A stretch of DNA of 64,000 nucleotides from an uncultured Eubacteriales bacterium (GTDB lineage Bacteria > Actinomycetota > Coriobacteriia > Anaerosomatales > JAUVQN01): assembly GCA_964406675.1 (NCBI GenBank), contig CAYOSP010000001.1, positions 16,861 through 80,860 on the forward strand, written 5' to 3'. Shown in pieces: positions 57,544 to 64,000 of the stretch (position 1 is its first letter; each line of letters begins with the position of its first letter). A program made the position numbers and the translations under genes. Under the pieces are notes generated by a model. The model searched no databases. It was not told the origin of the DNA and saw only the letters and a program-made list of their open reading frames with translations.

Positions 57544-58203
57544 GTGGCGGAAGGTCCCTCCACAGAGACGGACGCACGTGGACGCATCCTCTCCCGCGCC
57601 GAGGAGTTGTTCGGCAGGCGGGGATATGAAGCGGTCTCGGTGGCGGACATCGCCGAGGCCTCGGACGTCTCGACCGGCCTGGTCTACTACCACTTCAAGG
57701 ACAAGGCGTCGCTGCTCTCCGCGCTCGTCGACGAGGTGAGCGCGATGACCGGGCGGCTCGTCGAGGAACACCTCGAGCGTCCGGCCGGTCCGAACGATCC
57801 GAGCGATCCGGGCGGCCCGGGTCATCCGGGGGACCCGCACGGACCACGGCGGCGCATCGAATCCTTCATCCGCGCGTACATGCGCCTCATCCACGAGCGC
57901 CGCGACCTCGTCCGGCTGCTCGCGCGCCAGGTCACCGACGTCGACAACCCCACCGGGCGCGCCGCACTGGGACACATGGCGGACACGATCGAGCGCGTCG
58001 CCCACGTGATCGCCGAGGGCGTCGAGTGCGGCGACCTCGACGACGTCGACCCGCAGCTCGCCGCGGAGAGCATCTTCGGGATGCTGCACATCCGGGTGGT
58101 CGCGGGGGCGCTCGAGGCACCGCACAGCGCGGCCATCGACAGCGATCCCGAGCACGTCGCGGAGTTCGTGTCCCGGGTGCTGATGGAGGGGATCGGCCGG
58201 TGA
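57544..58203 (+). CDS. TetR-family transcriptional regulator
   Basis: Track ORF of 219 aa with the HTH RILSRAEELFGRRGYEAVSVADIAEASDVSTGLVYYHFKDK. Confidence 0.85.
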   Translation: MAEGPSTETDARGRILSRAEELFGRRGYEAVSVADIAEASDVSTGLVYYHFKDKASLLSALVDEVSAMTGRLVEEHLERPAGPNDPSDPGGPGHPGDPHGPRRRIESFIRAYMRLIHERRDLVRLLARQVTDVDNPTGRAALGHMADTIERVAHVIAEGVECGDLDDVDPQLAAESIFGMLHIRVVAGALEAPHSAAIDSDPEHVAEFVSRVLMEGIGR

Positions 58204-60284
58204 GCGGCCTGCTGGAACGCCTGGCTGACGCCGTGGTCCGGGGGCGGCGCGCGATACTCGCCGTGGCGGCGCTGCTCCTCGTCGGCGGCGTGTTCGGGAT
58301 GATGAACGCCGACATCAACTACGACCTCTTCTCCTACCTGCCGGACGACCTCGGATCGGTCCGGGGCTTCGAGATCCTCAACGACGAGTTCCAGCTCGCC
58401 AACACCGCCCAGGTGCTCATCGAGGACACGTCCCCCACCGAGGCGAGCGGGTTCGCGGACGAACTGCGCTCGATCGAGGGTGTCGAGCGCGTGGCGTGGG
58501 TCGACGACTTCCAGGACATCCGCGTCCCGGAGGAGTTCTGGGACGAGGGCGTCCGCGAGAACTACTTCTCCGGCGGCGCCACGCTCATGCGGGTCAGCTT
58601 CGCCGAGGCGATGAACGACCCGCGGACCCGCCGGGCGTACGAGCGGATGCGGGAGGTGCTGCCGCGGGAGCGGGCGTCGATCACCGGCACGCAGCAGCTC
58701 GACCTCGAGGACGTCATCTCGGAGGACCAGGTGAAGTTCGCCGCCGCCGCGCTCGGCCTGGTGGCCCTCGTACTGGTGCTGACCATCCCCTCGGTGGTCG
58801 TGCCGCTGCTCTTCGTGGTGACCATCGGCCTGTGCGTGGCCTACAACCTCGGACTCTCCTACTACCTCGGTCAGGAGATGTCGTACCTGACCGGCGTGAT
58901 CGTGTTCGCCCTGCAGTTCGCCGTCACCATGGACTACGCGCTCTTCCTCTATCACCGGTTCGAGGAGGAGAAGCGGGGCGGCCATGTCGAGGACGCCATG
59001 CGGCGGGCCATCGTCGGCACGTTCAAGTCGGTGACCGCCGCCTCGCTCACGACGATCGCGGGCTTCCTCGCGCTCGTGGCGATGCGCCTGGGGTTCGGCG
59101 CGGACATGGGTCTCACGCTCGCGCGCGGTGTGGCCATCACCGTGGTGGGCGTGCTCACCATCCTGCCGGCGCTGCTCATCGAGGCCGACCCGCTCGTCCG
59201 CAGGCTCTCCCACCGCACCTTCGTGCCTGATTTCGGGAAGGCCGGCGCGTTCACCGCCAAGCACGCGCTCACCTTCAGCGTGATCGGCGCGGTCCTGTTC
59301 GTGCCCGCGCTGATCGGCTACTCGCAACTCGAGCTCAGCTACGACCTCGACGAGAGTCTCCCCGAGGAGCTGCCGTCACTCGAGGCGCAGGACCGCATCG
59401 GGGAGGTGTTCGGATCGGCCGACACGGCGTTCCTCGTGCTCGAGGACACCGGGTCCACGCGTGCCCTCGACGAGGTCTCGGACCGTGTCGCCGACATCGA
59501 GGGCGTCGCGGGCGTGTTCAGCTACACGCAGCTCGTCGACCCGCTGATCCCGAGCGAGTTCGTCCCCCGGGAGGCGAAGGACAACTTCTACGAGGACGGC
59601 TACACCTACATGGCCGTGGACATCGGCGCGGGGCTCGACGAGGCCGAGACCGACCGGCTCGTGGAGGGTCTCCGCGAGGCCGGCGACTCGTATCCCGGCA
59701 CGGCGTACGTGACCGGCGCGCAGCTGCTCATCCGCGACATGGAGGCGGTCACCGCGGGTGACGTCGACAGGGTGAACGTGATCAGCGTCATCGCCATCTT
59801 CGCGATCATCGCGCTCGCCTTCCGCTCGCTCGCCGTGCCGGTGGTCCTGCTCGCGGGCATCGAGCTCGCCATCTACGCGAACCAGGCGATCAGCGGATTC
59901 CTCGGCGGCGAGGTGATCTTCATCGCCGCGCTGGCCATCGGCGCCATCCAGCTCGGGGCGACGGTCGACTACGCGATCCTGCTCACCTCCCGCTTCGAGG
60001 AGGAGATGGCCAAGCAGGGTCGGCGCCTCCCGGCGATGCGCACCGCGCTCGGAGAGTCGGCGCAGTCGATCCTGGTGAGCGCCGGGACCATGTTCGCCGC
60101 CACCATCGGCATGGTCTTCCTGAGTCGCATCGAGACGATCACCGACCTCGTCGCGCTCATCTCGCGCGGCGCGGTCATCAGCTTCGTCGTCGTGGTCTTC
60201 CTGCTCCCCGCCGTCCTGGTGGCGGCCCAGCCCGTGTTCGAGAAGGCCGGCCTCGGCTGGCCGCGTCGCATGGAGAAGAGATGA
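58200..60284 (+). CDS. MMPL/RND-superfamily transporter
   Basis: GTG 58200 overlaps the TetR TGA (GTGA). It has two 6-TM bundles separated by soluble loops. Duplicated motifs FAVTMDYALFLYHRFEEE and GATVDYAILLTSRFEEE are present. Confidence 0.85.
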   Translation: MSGLLERLADAVVRGRRAILAVAALLLVGGVFGMMNADINYDLFSYLPDDLGSVRGFEILNDEFQLANTAQVLIEDTSPTEASGFADELRSIEGVERVAWVDDFQDIRVPEEFWDEGVRENYFSGGATLMRVSFAEAMNDPRTRRAYERMREVLPRERASITGTQQLDLEDVISEDQVKFAAAALGLVALVLVLTIPSVVVPLLFVVTIGLCVAYNLGLSYYLGQEMSYLTGVIVFALQFAVTMDYALFLYHRFEEEKRGGHVEDAMRRAIVGTFKSVTAASLTTIAGFLALVAMRLGFGADMGLTLARGVAITVVGVLTILPALLIEADPLVRRLSHRTFVPDFGKAGAFTAKHALTFSVIGAVLFVPALIGYSQLELSYDLDESLPEELPSLEAQDRIGEVFGSADTAFLVLEDTGSTRALDEVSDRVADIEGVAGVFSYTQLVDPLIPSEFVPREAKDNFYEDGYTYMAVDIGAGLDEAETDRLVEGLREAGDSYPGTAYVTGAQLLIRDMEAVTAGDVDRVNVISVIAIFAIIALAFRSLAVPVVLLAGIELAIYANQAISGFLGGEVIFIAALAIGAIQLGATVDYAILLTSRFEEEMAKQGRRLPAMRTALGESAQSILVSAGTMFAATIGMVFLSRIETITDLVALISRGAVISFVVVVFLLPAVLVAAQPVFEKAGLGWPRRMEKR

Positions 60285-62227
60285 GCCCGATGCCTGTCAC
60301 GCTCCCGGACGCCGTCCGCGCGCGCCTCCGCCCGTTCGCCGCGATCGCCGTGCTCGCCGCCGTGCTGACGGCGCTCGCGGGGATCGCGACGTCGCAGCCC
60401 GGGGAGGCCGACGTCTCGATCGTCGACGACGAGACCGTCTACGTGGTGGCGGACGCTACGGGAGAGGTGCGCGAGACCGTCGTCGTCGACTGGCTGAAGG
60501 TCGAGGGCGAGGGAGAGGTCCGCGTGGTGGATCGCGGATCGGTGCTGGAGGTCGAGCCGCTCGAGGAGGACGCCGACTTCCGGGTCGACGGCGAGGAGAT
60601 CGCCTGGGACCTGAGGGTGGACGGGCGCAAGGACTTCTTCTACCGCGCGACCACGGACAAGGAGTTGCCGGTCGACGTCGAGGTGACCTATACGCTGGAC
60701 GGCCGGGAGGTGGCCCCGGACGAGCTCGCCGGGGAGAGCGGCCGCCTGCGGGTGGAGGTGGCGGTGCACAACCGCCTCGAGACCTCGCGCGTGACCACCT
60801 ACACCACGGGCGCGGGAGAGACGGTGAGCGAGAAGCGCGAGTTCCGGCAGCCGCTGCTGTGCGTGGTGAGGATCGACTTCGACGGCACCCGCTACGACGA
60901 CATCGAAGAGGACGCCGAGATGATGACCGTGACGGGGGACACCATGAGCTACACCTTCATGACGTTCCCGCAGCCGGACGACAGCGCCGTGATCGAGATG
61001 GACGCCACGGACATCGCGCTCGACCCGATCATCGTGAGCGTCTTCCCGGAGATGCCGAGCACGCCCGAGATCGACGTGGAGGCCTCGCTCGCCGAGGTGC
61101 GTGACGGCGCCGAAGGCCTCGCCGAGCTCTCCCGCGCGCACATGCAAGTGCTCGACGGACTCGTCACGGAGCTCGATCCGGCCGCCTTCGAGGACGTCGC
61201 GTCCCAGGCCGACGGGTTCTCCCAGCTGACCGACGGGGTCACGGAGCTCCGCCGCGGCACGGAAGGCGTCGCCTCGCTCGTGGACGGCCAGATCGCCTAC
61301 CTCGACGGCGTCATCGCGGGCGTCGACACGACAGCGTTCGAGGACCTGAGCGAGCTCGCCGTCGCCGTCGAACAGCTCGCGGCGGGCGTCGGGGAGGCGC
61401 GGACGGGCGTCGAGGACCTCTCGGACCTCGTCGAGCTGCACGCGGGGCTCGCCGACGCGGCGGCCTCGCTGAACGCGTCGATGACGCCGCTCCTGCAGAG
61501 CGCCGTCACGTCGTACCCGGCGGACCCGCGGATCCAGGGCGCCTACGGGATGGCGCGGGCGCAGGCCGGCGTGCTCACCACGCTCACCGCCGGCGGCGTG
61601 ATGGAGGTCCCGGTGGGGCCGGGCGTCACCGCGACCGCCACCGTGCCGGGTATCGGCTCCGTCGCGACGTCGCTGGACGAGGTCGCGGCCGGACTCGCCG
61701 ACGCGCAGGCCGGGCTGGAGGCGATCGCCGCCGAGGCCGCCGCGCTCGACGAGGTACCCGCCGCCTTCGAGCAGCTCCGCGGCGCCCTCGTCGTGCTCAG
61801 GGACGGCGGGGTGGTGGCAGGCGAGCGACTCCCCGGCCTCACGTACACCGCCTCGTCCCTGCGCGACCTCGCCGCCGGACTGCGCGAGCTCGAAGCGGGC
61901 CTCGGCGGCGCCCAGGACGGACTCGACGAGTTGGCCTCGCTGCCGGGCGACCTCGCCGATCTGCAGGCCACCCTGCGTGCCCTGCGCGACGGCGGGACGG
62001 TGGCGGGCAACCGGCTCCCCGGTATCGCGACCACCGCCGAGGGGCTGGACGAGATGGCGGCGGGGCTGGAAGAGGGTATCACCGAGGCTCGCGCCGGCAA
62101 GGCGACCAGCGAGGCGATGAAGCGTGCCGCGGGCGACTACGACACGTTCCTCGGCAAGCCCGAGGGTGCGGAGGGCCGCGTCCGCTTCATCATCAAGCTC
62201 GACGGCATCGAGACCGCTGATGAGTAG
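60281..62227 (+). CDS. Exported protein with a beta-rich N-domain and long Ala/Leu/Gly/Glu-rich helical repeats (YhgE/Pip-like repeat region)
   Basis: ATG 60281 overlaps the MMPL TGA (ATGA). A signal/anchor segment (FAAIAVLAAVLTALAGIA) is present. A repeat pair (LRDGGVVAGERLPGL and LRDGGTVAGNRLPGI) is present. Confidence 0.65.
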   Translation: MSPMPVTLPDAVRARLRPFAAIAVLAAVLTALAGIATSQPGEADVSIVDDETVYVVADATGEVRETVVVDWLKVEGEGEVRVVDRGSVLEVEPLEEDADFRVDGEEIAWDLRVDGRKDFFYRATTDKELPVDVEVTYTLDGREVAPDELAGESGRLRVEVAVHNRLETSRVTTYTTGAGETVSEKREFRQPLLCVVRIDFDGTRYDDIEEDAEMMTVTGDTMSYTFMTFPQPDDSAVIEMDATDIALDPIIVSVFPEMPSTPEIDVEASLAEVRDGAEGLAELSRAHMQVLDGLVTELDPAAFEDVASQADGFSQLTDGVTELRRGTEGVASLVDGQIAYLDGVIAGVDTTAFEDLSELAVAVEQLAAGVGEARTGVEDLSDLVELHAGLADAAASLNASMTPLLQSAVTSYPADPRIQGAYGMARAQAGVLTTLTAGGVMEVPVGPGVTATATVPGIGSVATSLDEVAAGLADAQAGLEAIAAEAAALDEVPAAFEQLRGALVVLRDGGVVAGERLPGLTYTASSLRDLAAGLRELEAGLGGAQDGLDELASLPGDLADLQATLRALRDGGTVAGNRLPGIATTAEGLDEMAAGLEEGITEARAGKATSEAMKRAAGDYDTFLGKPEGAEGRVRFIIKLDGIETADE

Positions 62228-62276
62228 GATCGGGCGTACCCCGCCGGACCGCGCTCATGAAGCCTAGCCCCGGAGC

Positions 62277-63266
62277 CTACCCCTCTTCCGCGTCCTTGTC
62301 CGCGTCCTCTTCCTCGGTCGCGTCCCCCGACCCCAGCAGGCGCCGGAGTTCCTCGTCGGCCTCGGTCGCCTCTTTCCTCGCGTCCAGGTATTCCTGCGTG
62401 GGCTCGGCTGCGAGCTCGTCGTACGCGTCCGCGATGGGCGCCGTGCCGGACTCCGGCAGCTCGGCGGCCAGCGCCGCGACCTCCTCCTCGCGCGTCGAGA
62501 GCTCGTCGAGCATGTCGTTGGCCTCCTCGACGTCACCGGAGAGCCACGTCTCGTCGACGCGCTTGGAGAAGCCGAGGAGCTCGGTCTTCGCCTCCACGTA
62601 ATCGATGAACGGATCGAAGTCCGCCGCCTCGAATCGCTCACCGGCCTGTTCGAACGCTGCCTTCGCCGCCTCGTACTCGTCGATGGCCTGCTGGGTGAGC
62701 TGCGTCGAGGCCGTCACTCCCTCCTCGGTGTGCTCGTTGAATCGCTCGACCGCGCGGGTCTCGAGGTCCGCGGCGGCGAGTATCGCGTCCACGCCGCGCC
62801 GCGCCGGCTCGACCGCGCGTGCCGCGTCCGCGTTCATCTCCACGATCTCCGTGGCCACCTGGAGCATGTCCTTGCGAGCCTCCGCCGAGGCGCGCACGGC
62901 GTCGGCTATCTCCTGGTCCGTCTCGGGAAGCCGGTCGTAGGCGCCGTCCACGAGATCGACCGCCTCGCGCACGTCGTCCAGCGCTCCCGGGACCATCTCG
63001 CCCGCGTCGTCGGCGCGCGGGCCCAGCCCCGGCTCGACCTCCGCCTGCACCACGTCGTCCACGGCGAGGACCGCCTCGTCGGCGTCCCGGACCAGCCCGA
63101 TGGCCTCTTCGAGGTCATCCTGGGCGCGCGCCCTGCCGGCGATCACGTCGTACGCCAGGTAGGCTACGCCGCCCAGGACCGCAGCGATCAACAGGGCGAT
63201 CAACACGACACGCCGGCGGCTGCGGCGCTCGGGCGTGCTCGTCTTCTCCTCCGCGGATGATGGCAT
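62277..63266 (-). CDS. N-terminally anchored, acidic all-helical hypothetical protein
   Basis: ATG 63266 follows AGGAGGAG. It has a single TM helix (VVLIALLIAAVLGGVAYLAY) followed by Asp/Glu/Ala-rich helices. The upstream part of track ORF 62277..63917 does not look like protein. Confidence 0.6.
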   Translation of the reverse strand: MPSSAEEKTSTPERRSRRRVVLIALLIAAVLGGVAYLAYDVIAGRARAQDDLEEAIGLVRDADEAVLAVDDVVQAEVEPGLGPRADDAGEMVPGALDDVREAVDLVDGAYDRLPETDQEIADAVRASAEARKDMLQVATEIVEMNADAARAVEPARRGVDAILAAADLETRAVERFNEHTEEGVTASTQLTQQAIDEYEAAKAAFEQAGERFEAADFDPFIDYVEAKTELLGFSKRVDETWLSGDVEEANDMLDELSTREEEVAALAAELPESGTAPIADAYDELAAEPTQEYLDARKEATEADEELRRLLGSGDATEEEDADKDAEEG

Positions 63267-63401
63267 ATCGGGACTCCTCCTGGATGGTTCGTCCCGGACG
63301 CACCGGGAAGGTCGCGAACGCCTACAAGCATACCCTGCGAGGACGTTAAGGACCCTGAGAAGCGCTTCCGTATTTGGCACACCCGTTGCTATCCTCTGTA
63401 T

Positions 63402-63505
63402 CAGAGCGAGGCGACCTGCCTCCCTCCCCACCCCCCTCAGGGCAGGGAACCCGCTCGACTGAAACGGGGCGCGCTTCCCCCCAGCGCGCCCCGTTCTCCT
63501 TTTCT
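63402..63505 (+). ncRNA. Candidate 6C-like small RNA (two hairpins with C-rich loops, the second acting as an intrinsic terminator)
   Basis: Hairpin 1 is CCTGCC (63415-20) / GGCAGG (63441-46) with a 20-nt loop tccctccccacccccctcag. Hairpin 2 is a 13-bp stem (63463-75 / 63483-95) with loop TCCCCCC, followed by CTCCTTTTCTC. A candidate -10 TATCCT lies at 63390-95. The 5-prime end is a guess. Confidence 0.4.
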
Positions 63506-63656
63506 CACGTCTTCCGCCCTCGCTTCCGCCTAGCTTCCGCCCGCGCCGCCGGCCGGGTCGCCGCCCGCTCCTTCGCAAGACGCGGCTAAGCCGACGGAGC
63601 GCTCGCCGGGTTACGATGCGGTCCGGGGATGCGATCCGAACGTCGAGAGGGGACCC

Positions 63657-64000
63657 TTGTCGGACGCCACCGAACGACTCCTCAACCTGGCGATGTACAT
63701 GTCCGAGGCCGGTCCGGTGACCGCCGAGGAGTGCCGCGCCGAGGTCGCCGGGTATCCGGACGAACAGGACGACTCCGCGTTCGCGAGGATGTTCGAGCGC
63801 GACAAGGACGCCCTGCGCTCCTTCGGCGTCGTGATCCGGGTGGTCGACGAGGAGACCGAGTCCTACGCCGTGGACGAGGGCATGACCTTCGTCTCCGACG
63901 TCGGCCTGGACGAGCATGCCAGGGCGGCCCTGCGCGCCGCGGGAGCGGCGCTGCTCGCCGAGGACGACTTCCCGCTCGCCTCCGCGCTCAGGCGCGCGCT
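63657..64000 (+). CDS. WYL-type (PafB/PafC-like) HTH transcriptional regulator, 5-prime part only
   Basis: Not in the track because it runs off the window. Hand translation from TTG 63657 (after GAGAGGGG) gives SDATERLLNLAMYMSEAGPVTAEECRAEVAGYP...FARMFERDKDALRSFGVVIRVV, which is typical of the N-terminal HTH of this family. Confidence 0.65.
   Translation, partial: MSDATERLLNLAMYMSEAGPVTAEECRAEVAGYPDEQDDSAFARMFERDKDALRSFGVVIRVVDEETESYAVDEGMTFVSDVGLDEHARAALRAAGAALLAEDDFPLASALRRA

Overview
This is a very GC-rich bacterial chromosomal segment (GC judged by eye, not computed) that is densely coded. Many adjacent genes overlap by 1 to 4 nt (GTGA or ATGA start/stop overlaps). Gene content and signals look like a deep-branching actinobacterium, possibly Rubrobacter-like; this rests on TANNNT-type -10 boxes, a 6C-like sRNA, an MMPL transporter and a WYL/PafBC-like regulator, and is inference only. 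The backbone is a dispersed minus-strand purine cluster (purA, purD, purE, purB, purC, purS, purQ, purL, purF, plus hisG). It is interrupted by unrelated redox, radical or unknown genes: a HemN/HemW-like radical SAM, a RACo-like 2Fe-2S/ASKHA ATPase, a convergent split BcrA/HgdC-type activase with two DUF2229 genes, and small membrane proteins. The window also holds the rpsF-ssb-rpsR-DUF2232-rplI-dnaB block, tRNA-Gly(CCC), two TrkA genes, two orphan PAS histidine kinases, a GGDEF protein, an ABC-2 exporter and a TetR-MMPL operon. A ferredoxin/Crp-Fnr divergon with a perfect FNR-type box and an SOS-box-preceded DNA-repair-type radical SAM are also present. The strongest finding is an AhpC/Prx peroxiredoxin whose peroxidatic Cys codon is an in-frame TGA. 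A hairpin with a GGUC apical loop follows at almost the E. coli fdhF SECIS spacing, so this is most likely a selenocysteine peroxiredoxin that the ORF track splits in two. Other leads are a 6C-like sRNA, several short tandem duplications (two spanning gene stop codons), a long repeat-containing PurF N-terminal extension and a split PAS/HD-GYP locus. I found no CRISPR array, rRNA, transposase or prophage genes. All coordinates and folds were worked out by hand.
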